Positions 38,492 through 47,539 of a DNA stretch of 64,000 nt are shown here, one piece after another. The notes beneath the pieces were generated by a model. It worked only from the letters and a program-made list of their open reading frames with translations, was not told the origin of the DNA and searched no databases. The position numbers and the translations under genes were made by a program. Numbering within the stretch: position 1 is the first letter of the stretch; the number at the start of each line of letters is the position of its first letter. Source of the DNA: an uncultured Actinomycetes bacterium (lineage in GTDB: Bacteria; Actinomycetota; Thermoleophilia; UBA2241); the NCBI GenBank assembly GCA_963725665.1, contig CAVRZA010000002.1, positions 288,001 to 352,000 of the forward strand. Direction: 5' to 3'.

Positions 38492-39057
38492 CTCACCGCC
38501 GGCCTCACCCTCGCTGTTCGGCGTCCTGCAGTCGCTCCTCGCCGCGGGGCTGCTGCTGATTGTGGGCGTCCTCTCGGCGCTGGCTGCGGCGCAGCTTCTG
38601 GCCGCAGCCGCCGGTCGCCCGGTGTCCCCCTGGGACCATCTGCCGCTGCCCGCGACGGCAGGCGGCTGGATCGTGCCGCTGGCCGTCGCGGGCGGGGCGC
38701 TCGTGCTGCTCATCGTCGTTGAGCTCCAGCGCAGCGAGCAGATCGTGGCCGTCAGCGTGAGCGGGACGGGCGCGGTGCTGGTGCCCGCGGACACGCTCGA
38801 GCGCCTCGTCGAAGGGGTCGCGCTCGATCACCGCGAGGTCGTGCGTGCGCGAGCCCGAGTCCAGTCGCGCGAGGGGCGCCTCGCGCCTCGGCTCTGGGTC
38901 GCCCTGCGGCCGCTCGCCGACACGGCAGAGCATCACCGGCGAGCTCGCTAGTGAGGTGGTGGCGACGCTGGCGTCGCGCACCGGGCTGCCCCTCGATGAG
39001 CCCCGCGTGCGAGCGAAGACTCTGGCCGTGCGCCAACTGCGGCGGTACCTGCCGTGA
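38466..39057 (+). CDS. AmaP-like membrane protein of the Asp23 operon (start uncertain; frameshift near 38930)
   Basis: Two TM segments followed by GAVLVPADTLERLV...VVRARARV; C-terminus ELASEVVATLASRTGLP in the next frame. Confidence 0.55.
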
Positions 39058-39593
39058 GAGGCTGGGTGCGCACGGCCACGATCGTCATTGCGCTGGCGGC
39101 GTTCGTTCTCGTCGTCGCCTTCTTCGTGCGCGCGGTGGTGCTGACGGTGTCGAGCCTCACGTGGGACCTGCCCGGCTGGCTTGCGGGTCTGCCCGCGGAT
39201 CAAGGAAGGGCGAGCGCGGCGGCGGGCGTGGCCGCCGCCGCGCTCGCCCTTCTTTGCCTGGTCCTCGTCTGGCGCCTCGCCACCTTCGGCGGCCAGGGGC
39301 GCGGCGACGTGCTCGTGGGCGCGGGCGAGCATGCCATCGTCGTGCGCGCGGCTGCGCTAGAGCACCTGCTGGCCGCGGCCATCGGCCGCGATGTGGCGGA
39401 GCTGCGCGAGGTGCGCGTGCGGCTGCGGCGCGAAGAGGCGGGTTTCGGCGTGGCGGTGGCCGGCGTGGTCGGCCCCGGCGATCTGGTGGGCGTGCACGAC
39501 CGCGTGCGTGAGGTGAGTCGACGCGAGCTCGAGCGGGCGGCCGGTCTGGAGGTCGTCACGGTCGACCTTGACGTGGACGGGTTCAGCCGCTGA
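39054..39593 (+). CDS. Second AmaP-like membrane protein
   Basis: Two TM segments plus IVVRAAALEHL...VRVRLR...ELERAAGLEVVTVDLDV; GTGA overlap with the previous gene. Confidence 0.65.
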   Translation: MRGWVRTATIVIALAAFVLVVAFFVRAVVLTVSSLTWDLPGWLAGLPADQGRASAAAGVAAAALALLCLVLVWRLATFGGQGRGDVLVGAGEHAIVVRAAALEHLLAAAIGRDVAELREVRVRLRREEAGFGVAVAGVVGPGDLVGVHDRVREVSRRELERAAGLEVVTVDLDVDGFSR

Positions 39594-39616
39594 ACTCGAG
39601 GTCGGAGAGGAGACGG

Positions 39617-39796
39617 ATGAGGATCAAGTACGTCGGCCTGATCGTTGGCCTTGTCGTGGGCATCGTCTGGATGTGGCTCGGGCTCCCAAAGCTCGCCGTC
39701 GTCCTCGTGTGCGGGGTGATCGGCTACGTGATCGGCCGCATCCTCGAGGGCGAGCTCGACGTGCAGCGCTTCATCGACGATCTGCGGCGGCGGTAG
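39617..39796 (+). CDS. Small integral membrane protein (DUF2273-like), 59 aa; not in the ORF track
   Basis: MRIKYVGLIVGLVVGIVWMWLGLPKLAVVLVCGVIGYVIGRILEGELDVQRFIDDLRRR*; SD GAGGAG; usual member of Asp23 operons. Confidence 0.85.
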   Translation: MRIKYVGLIVGLVVGIVWMWLGLPKLAVVLVCGVIGYVIGRILEGELDVQRFIDDLRRR

Positions 39797-39861
39797 GCGG
39801 GCCTGGTCGGACGCCAGCGGCGTGGCGACCGCGCGAGAGACGGGGACGAGAATGAGGGCAA

Positions 39862-39891
39862 AAAAAGACCTGATTGTCATCAGGTCTTTTT
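39862..39891. terminator. Intrinsic terminator-like inverted repeat after the Asp23 operon
   Basis: AAAAAGACCTGAT-TGTC-ATCAGGTCTTTTT. Confidence 0.75.
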
Positions 39892-39968
39892 GAGAAGCGG
39901 ATGTGCCGTACACCCTGCCTTCTCCTGAGGCGGAGTCTACCCGTCCACAGCGCACGAGGCAACCGTTG

Positions 39969-40790
39969 ATGTCTCACCGCGGGGTGACGCTCTTCCATCC
40001 CGACCTCGTGGCCTGCGATCTCGACGGCACCTTGCTGTCCCCCGAGCTCGAGCTCGCGCCCGCGACGGTCGCCGGCGTGGCCCATCTGCGGGCGGCGGGC
40101 GTGACCTTCGTCATCTGCACCGGCCGTATGTTGCAGAGCGCCCGGCCGATGGCTGCTAGGCTGGGGATCGACGGCGGGCTCATCGTCTGCTACCAGGGGG
40201 CGCTGGTCGCCGACCTCGGCAGCGGTGAGTGGCTGCTGCACCGGCCGGTGTCGCGGGAGGTGGCGGCCGATGTCGTGCGCCACGCGCGCGACATCGGCCG
40301 CCACCTCAACGTGTACGTCGACGACCAGCTCTACGTCGAGGAGCTCGACGAGTGGGCGCGGCGCTACGCGGAGTACGCCGAGGTCGACATCAACGCGGTC
40401 GACGATCTGCTGCAGGTCGTGACGCGGCGGTCGCCCACGAAGCTCGTGATGACCACCGAGCCCGACGATGCCGAGGCGCTGACCCCCGAGTTGCAGCGCC
40501 GCTGGCAGGGGCGCCTGGTCGTGACCCGGTCGCAGCTCCCCTACATCGAGATCACCGACGTCGACGCGACCAAGAGCCGCGCCCTCGAGTTCCTCTGCGC
40601 GCGCCTCGGCCTGCGTCGCGAGCGCGCGGTCGCCTGCGGCGACGGCCTCAACGACATCGACATGCTGCGCTGGGCGGGGCTGGGCGTGGCGATGGCGCAG
40701 GCTGCGCCGGCGGTGCTCGAGGCTGCGGACCTCGTCGTCGGCCAAGACGAGCTGGGAGGGCTGTTCGAGCGGCTGGCGGCGGCGCCGTAG
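39969..40790 (+). CDS. Cof-type HAD-IIB hydrolase
   Basis: ACDLDGTLL, ICTGR, TKSRAL and CGDGLNDIDML. Confidence 0.92.
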   Translation: MSHRGVTLFHPDLVACDLDGTLLSPELELAPATVAGVAHLRAAGVTFVICTGRMLQSARPMAARLGIDGGLIVCYQGALVADLGSGEWLLHRPVSREVAADVVRHARDIGRHLNVYVDDQLYVEELDEWARRYAEYAEVDINAVDDLLQVVTRRSPTKLVMTTEPDDAEALTPELQRRWQGRLVVTRSQLPYIEITDVDATKSRALEFLCARLGLRRERAVACGDGLNDIDMLRWAGLGVAMAQAAPAVLEAADLVVGQDELGGLFERLAAAP

Positions 40791-40835
40791 CGCCGCCGCC
40801 AGCCGCTCACTGCGTGCGGGAGCGCTGCCCCGCCG

Positions 40836-43262
40836 TCAGGGCACGCGGACCGCGATCGCCGTCGACTGCGCCGCCTTGTTGACGGCGCTGCCCAAGAACG
40901 AGGCACGGACACGGTAGTTGCCGTCCGCCGGGTTCCAGGTCGCGCGCGCGTAGCCGTCGGCGGCCGTCTTCGCGGTGGCGATCTTCTTCCAGCCGCTGGC
41001 GGTCCAGCGCTGGAAGGTCACGCTGGCCCCAACCTGGGTCGGGGTCACACGCGCCGCCAGCCGGACGCCTCCCGGCCGGACAACGGCGGTGAGGCCCACT
41101 TTCGCCCTGATGCCGGCCGTCCGCTTGCCCGTGGCTCCCAGGTACTGATCGTCACCGCCCCAGACGGCGGTGAGCACGGTGTTCTTGGTAAGGCCCGTCA
41201 CCTCCGCCAAGAAGACCCCGCGACGCGAATCCGGATCCCACGTCACCGGGACGGCGCCGTCGACGAGGGTCTCGGTCGTCGCGTCGACGGCGCGTCTGTA
41301 GAGCGCCACCGTGGTGTCGCCGGCGACGGCGTCGATCGTGCCCATGACCAGGACCGGCTGTCTGTAGCCGGCCGTGCGCGGGACCAGCTCGAGGTTGAGC
41401 GCCGTCGTCTGCTTGACCGCGTTGCCGTAGACGACCTTGTCGAGGCGGGTCGAGGCCGCGATGGAGTCGATGGATCCTGCGCCGTCGCCTGCCGGGCCGG
41501 CGTCGCCACCTTCGCCGCCGGGCAGGTAGGTGATCTGCAGGTCGTTGTTCGTGGGCATGGCGTCGATCTCGGCGACGATGTCGGCGACGGTCATCGGCTC
41601 TGCCATGGCCTGCGCGGGGGAGACCTCCCCTGCGTAGTACTCGTCACTCGAGTAGCCGCTGTCGGAGCCACTCGCGGTCAGCGTGCCGGACAGAGGGGCC
41701 CCCTCGGGGATGGTGAGCGTCGTTTCGACGGTGTCGAGCGTGGCCTGGCCGTAGATGCGCACGGTCGTCACCACGGTGTTGTCGCCCACCTTGAGGCCTC
41801 CCGGCACCGCCACGTCGACGATGGTCGCCGACCTGCGCACCGGGGCGATGGTCGCCTGGAAGTCGACGGAGACGATGTGCGCCGGGGCCAGGCCGTTGTC
41901 GTTGGCGGTGAGCATCGAGGTGATCATGTCGGGCTCATAGGTCGGCCACCACAGGACGTCATAGCCGTCGTCCCACAGGTTGGTGCGCGTCACCGTGCGG
42001 TCGGCGACGCCGTCGTTCACCACCACGGTCGTCGTCGTCTCCATGCTGCCGGCGAGGTAACCGGCGTCGACGGCCTCATAGATGGGGAAGCTCGACGCGT
42101 AGCCGGCGTAGCCTTGCCACTCCGGGCTGTCGGCCACCCACACCGGCACGTAACTGGTGCTGTCGACGGTCTTGCTCGCCGGGAGCCAGGTCGCGTGGGC
42201 GGTGAGGGGCGTCTCCAAGGGGATCAGCGACGTCGTGCCGGCGATACCGAACATCCGGTCCTGGGTGATCGTCCCTCTGATCTTGCCCGGTGAGATCAGC
42301 TTGAAGGGCGCGTCGCGGTTCGGCCAGATACCGTGCACGTACCCGTTGGCGAGCTCCATGCCGCTGCTGCCCGACTCGAACATCGGATGGCCGAAGGCGA
42401 CGACCACGTCGTCGTGCGCATAGGTGACCGTGCCGAGACCGCCCGACCACACGTCGCCGTGCATGAGCATGGCGCCGACGGCGGCGCCGCCGACGAAGGG
42501 TGTCTCGAAGTCCGGCGCCGAACCGAGACCGACCGGCCCGGCGGGCAGCACGCTGACGCCGTGCTTGCTCAACAGCGCCGAGTAGTGCTTGAAGGCGGGG
42601 TTGGTCTCGGGAAGACCGCCGAGCTGTATCACCGCGAGCGGGGCGACCACGGCCGTCCCCTTCTTCGCCTTGACCTCCTTGGCGGCAGCGACGCTCGGAG
42701 CTATCACGACCTTGTCGATGAGGCCGCCGCTGGTCGCGACCGGTCTGTCGAGCGTAAGCGGGGCGAGCGTGGGCACGACGGGATGGTCGGTCTCGATCGC
42801 CGCCATGTATTGGATCGGTGTCGCCAGGCCGAGGCCGCCGATCGTCTGGTAGTAGCCGTAGGAGAGAGCCCCGATCAGCTTGTCGGTGCCGCCATCGGAG
42901 ACGTAGAGCGGGCTCCCGCTCATCCCCATGGCTATGCCTCCCGCTCTCTCGATCACCGAACCCGTGGCTTCGAACAGGATGAAGGGCACGTAGGTGCCGA
43001 CATCGGGGTCGGCGGTGATGCTGAGCACGGTGAGAGGTATGTCGGTGATGGTCGCGCCGGAGACCACTGTCTTGAGGTACCCGGGCACGGTGCCGTCGGG
43101 AGAGGCGTCGAGGAGAGCCTGGAGCCCGGCCAGGTCGAGCGTCGGCTCGGTCGGCGCCGCTGAGGCCGGAGGAGCGAGGCCGCAGACTGCGGTGACGATG
43201 AGCAACGCCATCATCAGACAGAGGAGTGCGCGACCTGACATGCGTGGATGGATGTGCCTCAT
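40836..43262 (-). CDS. Secreted SpoIVB-like (S55) serine peptidase with C-terminal beta-sandwich domains
   Basis: Signal peptide (LLCLMMALLIVTAVCGLAPPASA), GGIAMGMSGSPLYV...LIGALSYG, GTVTY...VAFGHPMF, GTITQDR; SD GGGGGAG before the ATG at 43262. Confidence 0.82.
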   Translation of the reverse strand: MRHIHPRMSGRALLCLMMALLIVTAVCGLAPPASAAPTEPTLDLAGLQALLDASPDGTVPGYLKTVVSGATITDIPLTVLSITADPDVGTYVPFILFEATGSVIERAGGIAMGMSGSPLYVSDGGTDKLIGALSYGYYQTIGGLGLATPIQYMAAIETDHPVVPTLAPLTLDRPVATSGGLIDKVVIAPSVAAAKEVKAKKGTAVVAPLAVIQLGGLPETNPAFKHYSALLSKHGVSVLPAGPVGLGSAPDFETPFVGGAAVGAMLMHGDVWSGGLGTVTYAHDDVVVAFGHPMFESGSSGMELANGYVHGIWPNRDAPFKLISPGKIRGTITQDRMFGIAGTTSLIPLETPLTAHATWLPASKTVDSTSYVPVWVADSPEWQGYAGYASSFPIYEAVDAGYLAGSMETTTTVVVNDGVADRTVTRTNLWDDGYDVLWWPTYEPDMITSMLTANDNGLAPAHIVSVDFQATIAPVRRSATIVDVAVPGGLKVGDNTVVTTVRIYGQATLDTVETTLTIPEGAPLSGTLTASGSDSGYSSDEYYAGEVSPAQAMAEPMTVADIVAEIDAMPTNNDLQITYLPGGEGGDAGPAGDGAGSIDSIAASTRLDKVVYGNAVKQTTALNLELVPRTAGYRQPVLVMGTIDAVAGDTTVALYRRAVDATTETLVDGAVPVTWDPDSRRGVFLAEVTGLTKNTVLTAVWGGDDQYLGATGKRTAGIRAKVGLTAVVRPGGVRLAARVTPTQVGASVTFQRWTASGWKKIATAKTAADGYARATWNPADGNYRVRASFLGSAVNKAAQSTAIAVRVP

Positions 43263-43473
43263 GACTCCCCCATTCACTTGAGCGAGCCTCCGAGCAGGGC
43301 ACCCTGCCTCGCGGCTCGCCACTATTAGACCACATTCCGTACTGCGCGTTTCGCATGCATGTGCCGCGACGGTCTGAGCGACTCGTCGCAGGATGCCTGA
43401 AGGCCGTCGAGGCAGGAGACGAGGGGGAGGCTTCGCGCGCAACGGGGGTCGCACGAGCGCGCCTCGACAACGT

Positions 43474-43617
43474 GAAGGCGGCGCCTGGAGGGTGGGGCGC
43501 CGCCTTCTGCGGGGTGTGTGTCGGTGTGGTGAGAAAGCCGGTTCCGAGGGAGGGGGCGGGCCGGGACAGTCTGCCCTCGACCGGCGAAGCAAACTCACCT
43601 TCCGACCGTGGAAACCC
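43474..43617 (-). ncRNA. Candidate ~145-nt small RNA: long interrupted hairpin plus a 3' hairpin, both with C-rich loops (6C-like architecture)
   Basis: Own promoter; paired segments GUCGG/CCGAC, GGUGAG/CUCACC, GCCGGU/ACCGGC, CGAGGG/CCCUCG; 12-bp terminal stem GAAGGCGGCGCC/GGCGCCGCCUUC. Confidence 0.55.
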
Positions 43618-43623
43618 ACAAAA

Positions 43624-43652
43624 AGAATACGCTTGCGTGCGGACGGGGTCAA
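43624..43652 (-). promoter_or_regulatory. Sigma-A promoter TTGACC-17-TATTCT
   Basis: Near-consensus hexamers (43647-43652 and 43624-43629) with optimal spacing in an AT-rich patch. Confidence 0.75.
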
Positions 43653-43750
43653 GCAACGAGCGACGAGTGCCAGCCGCTTGCCGCGGGTATCGCTCCTCCG
43701 TTGAGGCGATGACTGCGGTGTTCCAAGGCACTCAGGCGCGCGGCTTTGCC

Positions 43751-43821
43751 CTCGGCCGTGGCGTCAGCCGTCGTCTCGGCCGTGGCGTCAGCCGTCGTCG
43801 GCGGGCGTCAGCCGTCGTCTC
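43751..43821. repeat. 24-bp tandem repeat (two exact copies plus a partial copy)
   Basis: CTCGGCCGTGGCGTCAGCCGTCGT x2, then a third GGCGTCAGCCGTCGTC core. Confidence 0.85.
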
Positions 43822-43865
43822 AGCTTGTGTCGGTCGTCCTCTCGGCTGACGAATCAGCCGCTCTC

Positions 43866-44705
43866 TCAGCCGGCGCGCGCCTTGATGGAGAAGGAGAGTG
43901 GAAAGTCGTCCCCGTGTCCACGCACGCGTAGCCAACCGTCGTCTCCCTGCTCGAGGAAGGGGAACACAAGGCCGGTGCAGTAGGGGAACTCGTGAAGATA
44001 GTCGAGGCGCAGACCGGCCGAGGTCAGGGAGGAGACGATCTCACCGAGGCCGTGTGACCACTCGTACGACACGTGTGACTCCGTCTTCACGGCGGGAGCG
44101 GCGTAGGAGCTGTCGGACTCGAAGGAGAGGGGCTCGCTGCGCGCCAGGTAGGGGTAGCGGACGATGAGGTCGGCGCGTTTGTCGTCGAGGGTGAGGACGA
44201 ACGGGTGGAAGTCGACGATGTAGAAGATGCCGCCCGGCCGCAGGTGGCGCGCTATGAGCCGCCCCCATGCGGTCAGGTCGGACAGCCACATCAGCACCCC
44301 CCACGAGGTGAAGACGACGTCGAAGCGTTCGTCGAGGTGGGCCGGCAGGTCGTAGAGGTCGGACTGGATGAAGCGGCACCCTTCATCCAGTCCGACCTCT
44401 CGCGCCAAACGGTTGGCGAGCGCGATGGCCTTGTCGGAGAAGTCGACGCCTGTGGCACGAGCTCCGAGGCGTGTCCACGAGAGTGTGTCGAGGCCGAAGT
44501 GGCACTGCAGATGGAGCAGCGTGGTCCCCTGACGGACGTCCGGTCCGAGCTCCTGGAGCTCGATGGAAAGCAGGGTCTGGCGGCCGGCGAGGAACCCCTC
44601 CACGTCGTAGAACGCGGAGCCCTCGTGGATCTCAGTCCAGGCGTTCCAGTGCTCGAGGTTCGCGCGCGTGTACTCGCGCCGGCGCCGGTCGTCGCCTGAC
44701 GGCAT
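43866..44705 (-). CDS. Class I SAM-dependent methyltransferase
   Basis: LLHLQCHFGLDTLS, GVDFS, FDVVFTSWGVL and LRPGGIFYIVDFHP. Confidence 0.9.
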   Translation of the reverse strand: MPSGDDRRRREYTRANLEHWNAWTEIHEGSAFYDVEGFLAGRQTLLSIELQELGPDVRQGTTLLHLQCHFGLDTLSWTRLGARATGVDFSDKAIALANRLAREVGLDEGCRFIQSDLYDLPAHLDERFDVVFTSWGVLMWLSDLTAWGRLIARHLRPGGIFYIVDFHPFVLTLDDKRADLIVRYPYLARSEPLSFESDSSYAAPAVKTESHVSYEWSHGLGEIVSSLTSAGLRLDYLHEFPYCTGLVFPFLEQGDDGWLRVRGHGDDFPLSFSIKARAG

Positions 44706-44718
44706 CGCTCTCTGACGC

Positions 44719-45075
44719 CTACGGTCCGACGCGCTCGAGCGTCCAGTCGCCGTCGACGAGACGCAGCGCGAAGCGCCCGGCGCACATCGGGCATTTGAGC
44801 TCCGTACCCTCGGCCGGCGCCGCGCCGTAATCGATCTGCCAGCCGCACATGGGGCAGAAGAACAGCACGGCGACGTCGTCGGCACGGAAGTCCTCGATGA
44901 GCTTGCGCAAGCCGCGGACGTGGCCGGCCTCGGCGCGCGCGAGGTCCTTGAACAGCTCTTTGAGTGGGGGATCGCCGACCGCGGCGGCGTACTTGCCGTA
45001 GAGCTTGACCGCCGTCTGCTCGAACTCGAGGTCGGACTCGAGGGCGCCGAGCGCCCAGGTGTACCCGCGCATCAT
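44719..45075 (-). CDS. Half-ferritin (E...ExxH) protein with a C-terminal CxxC...CxxC rubredoxin/Zn-ribbon
   Basis: LEFEQTAVKLY...LARAEAGHV; CPMC...CPMC. Confidence 0.8.
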   Translation of the reverse strand: MMRGYTWALGALESDLEFEQTAVKLYGKYAAAVGDPPLKELFKDLARAEAGHVRGLRKLIEDFRADDVAVLFFCPMCGWQIDYGAAPAEGTELKCPMCAGRFALRLVDGDWTLERVGP

Positions 45076-45305
45076 CTCGCCGCCCCCCGTTGCCCGAGCG
45101 CCGTGATCCGCGCGCGCAGCTCGTCGCGGTGCTCCGTCTCGTTGCGCCTCAGCGCCTCCCAGTAGGCGAACAGGCGGGGGTCGGTCGCGCGCAGGCTCTG
45201 CTCCGTATAGCGCGCGACCGCCTCCTCCTCGAGCTCAAGTGCCGCGCGCAGGATCGCCGCATCGCCCTGCTCGCGAAGCGCCACCACGTCGTGTGGCTCG
45301 GGCAC
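45072..45305 (-). CDS. Half-ferritin (E...ExxH) protein, 77 aa
   Basis: ALELEEEAVARY...LRRNETEHRDEL; its GTG start overlaps the TAG of the upstream gene. Confidence 0.72.
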   Translation of the reverse strand: MPEPHDVVALREQGDAAILRAALELEEEAVARYTEQSLRATDPRLFAYWEALRRNETEHRDELRARITALGQRGAAR

Positions 45306-45502
45306 TACGCCTCGTAGGTGACGCAGCGGATGAGGCCGATCGTCTCGCCGCTCTCGCCCGTCGTCGTGGTGTCGCTGACGGCGAACACGGTCGTCGCCTT
45401 CTCTGCCGCGAGAAAGTCGGCCACCGCCGCGTCGAGGTCCGCGAGCTCGCGCGGGGTGGCGAAGATCTTGATCGGCGTCATGAACGTCTTCACCCTGATC
45501 AT
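45305..45502 (-). CDS. Conserved-looking 65-aa hypothetical protein
   Basis: MIRVKTFMTPIKIFATPRELADLDAAVADFL...GETIGLIRCVTYEA*; SD AAGGAG; strong GC3 bias. Confidence 0.75.
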   Translation of the reverse strand: MIRVKTFMTPIKIFATPRELADLDAAVADFLAAEKATTVFAVSDTTTTGESGETIGLIRCVTYEA

Positions 45503-45631
45503 GCCACTCCTTTCTCTCTGAGATGACGAGTGTATCAGCGGCTGCGGGAGAGATGTGCGCGAGTCTTGTGAAAGCCTGCACCTGCGTATCGGAGTGGTGA
45601 TAAGATGTGCTCCGAGGACTATAGTGTGGCG

Positions 45632-46333
45632 ATGAACGCTTATGACTTGGACATGGCGCGCCTGGGGCGCATCGGCGAGGCGCTCGGTGACGGTACGCGG
45701 CGATCGCTCTACCGCCACGTGGTCGAGGCGGAGGTGCCGCAGTCGGCCGGCGAGCTGGGGGCGGCGTTCGGTCTCCATCGCACCGTCGCGCGTTCGCATC
45801 TGGAGAAGCTGGTCGAGATGGGGCTCCTGCAGGTCGGCACACGACGCCGGGCCCAGGGCGGCCGACCATCCAAGGTCTACTTCCCTTCCGAAGAACGTCT
45901 CGAGGTGCAACTCCCGCCGCGGCGCTATGAGTGGCTGGCGCGTCTGCTCGTGCAGCTTCTCGGCCGGCTCCCCGGCGACCACTACGAGATGGCCATCGAT
46001 GTCGGCCACGAACACGGCCGCAACCTGGCGCGCGCCGGCCTCGTCGACGGCGTCGTGACGTCCCGCGACGCTCGTCTCACACCGCAAGAAGTCGTGCAGT
46101 GGCTCGGCGACAACGGTTATCGCGCCCGCCTAGGCAACGGCAAGCCGCCGACCGTCACCATCGACGTGACCAACTGCGTCTATCAGGAGGTCGCGCTGCT
46201 CGCTCCGGCGATGGTCTGCGCCTTCGACCAGGGGATGATCTGCGGTCTCCTCGGCGTGAGTCCAAGCAACCACCGGCAGGTGCGCTCGATCCTCGACGGC
46301 GACGAGCTCTGCCGCCACGAGATCACGTTGTGA
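45632..46333 (+). CDS. ArsR-like wHTH regulator with a Cys-containing sensor domain (SufR-like layout)
   Basis: ALGDGTRRSLY...GLHRTVARSHLEKL...GGRPSKVY; NCVY...VCAF...ICG...LCRH. Confidence 0.8.
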   Translation: MNAYDLDMARLGRIGEALGDGTRRSLYRHVVEAEVPQSAGELGAAFGLHRTVARSHLEKLVEMGLLQVGTRRRAQGGRPSKVYFPSEERLEVQLPPRRYEWLARLLVQLLGRLPGDHYEMAIDVGHEHGRNLARAGLVDGVVTSRDARLTPQEVVQWLGDNGYRARLGNGKPPTVTIDVTNCVYQEVALLAPAMVCAFDQGMICGLLGVSPSNHRQVRSILDGDELCRHEITL

Positions 46334-46393
46334 CTCCCTAGGGCCGACCGCCGTCGCCGGCGCCCTCGTCGTCCCAGTGCGACCCGACCGCCC

Positions 46394-46786
46394 CTACCAG
46401 CCCGGCAGCGCCTGCTCGCCCTCGAGCGCCCGCAGGGCCGTGACATCCTGGTTGACCTCGAGGATGCCCCGGTAGCGTCCTTCTTCGTCGCGCACCGCGA
46501 AGTAGCGCGTGTGTTTTGTCTTTCCCCGCTCCTGCGACCACCCTTCGGCGACGTCCCTCGTCCCGGCATGGAACTCCTGCAGGATGCGCTCCAGCGTCTC
46601 GAGGCTCTGCTCGGGATGGCAGTCGCGCACGTCACGGCCGATGTAGCGCGCGTCGCACGTCTTGTAGGTCGCGCCCGACCAGTAACGCAGCACGTCGGCC
46701 TCGTCGGCGAAGCTGATGTCGACGGGCAACGCGCGCAGAAGGAGCATGACTTGCTCGTCGTCGAGCGTGCCTCGCTGGAAGTACAT
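46394..46786 (-). CDS. Stand-alone PAS domain protein (PAS_10/DUF438-associated type)
   Basis: LPVDISFADEADVLRYWS, IGRDVRDCHP and RYFAVRDEEGRYRGILEVNQD. Confidence 0.85.
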   Translation of the reverse strand: MYFQRGTLDDEQVMLLLRALPVDISFADEADVLRYWSGATYKTCDARYIGRDVRDCHPEQSLETLERILQEFHAGTRDVAEGWSQERGKTKHTRYFAVRDEEGRYRGILEVNQDVTALRALEGEQALPGW

Positions 46787-46812
46787 GGGGCCTCCTTGTC
46801 GTCGGCGCCAGT

Positions 46813-47481
46813 CTACCGCCCGCGGCTTGGATCTGCTCCATGGCCCTGCGAGCCCGGCGACCGCCGCGAGCCGGATCGCCAAGGCAGCGACACGCGGCTC
46901 TCGGTGCCCCGCAGGAGGCGTACCACGTTCGCACGGTGTGCCCAGATCACGACGGCGGTCACGGCGACCGCTGAAACCCGGTAGGCAGTCGGCTCGGGGA
47001 AGACGAAGGTGAGGACGGCGAAGCTGACCGCGGCCAGGATCGAAGCCAGGCTGACGTATCGCGTCACAGCGATGACGAGCAGCCACTCCGCGTAGACGAT
47101 GACGAATATGGGCCACATGAGGGCGAGGATGATGCCGGAGGCGGTCGCCACGCCTTTGCCGCCCCGGAACCGCAGGAACACTGAGCGCATGTGCCCGACG
47201 ACGGGAGTGACGGCGACAAGCACCGTGAGCCACGGTGGCAGCAGAAGTGAAGCCACATACGCGGGCGCGAAGCCCTTGGCGGTGTCGCAGACCAGGACCA
47301 GGGCTCCGGCGACGGACCCGAGACTGCGGTACGTGTTCGTCGTCCCGATGTTGCCCGACCCGAAGTCGCGCACGTCGATGCCGTAGAACAAGCGGCCGAT
47401 GAGCAGGCCGAAGGGGATCGAGCCGATGAGGTAGCCGGCGAGGCCGAGGACGAGGGCGAGTGTGAGCTCGTGGATATCCAT
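46813..47481 (-). CDS. plsY: Glycerol-3-phosphate acyltransferase PlsY
   Basis: YLIGSIPFG, GSGNIGTTN, DTAKG, GH...FRGGKGVAT and HRANVVRLLRGTE. Confidence 0.95.
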   Translation of the reverse strand: MDIHELTLALVLGLAGYLIGSIPFGLLIGRLFYGIDVRDFGSGNIGTTNTYRSLGSVAGALVLVCDTAKGFAPAYVASLLLPPWLTVLVAVTPVVGHMRSVFLRFRGGKGVATASGIILALMWPIFVIVYAEWLLVIAVTRYVSLASILAAVSFAVLTFVFPEPTAYRVSAVAVTAVVIWAHRANVVRLLRGTESRVSLPWRSGSRRSPGSQGHGADPSRGR

Positions 47482-47539
47482 GGCTACATCGTGTTAGACG
47501 CGGCGTCGCCGGGAGAGGTTACGCGGCGGACTCCGAGGC

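Noticed and set aside
38489-38560. Amber read-through of the Asp23 gene into the next membrane protein
   Set aside because: The Asp23 domain is complete before the TAG and the downstream hydrophobic ORF is in another frame.
43310-43370. Cyclic dinucleotide (GEMM) riboswitch before the S55 peptidase gene
   Set aside because: Fragments such as GAAA, ACGGAA and GGTCTAA are present, but the P1/P2 pairing and tetraloop receptor could not be built.
37862-43821. CRISPR array at the 45-bp or 24-bp repeats
   Set aside because: Only two or three copies, no series of unique spacers, and no cas genes.
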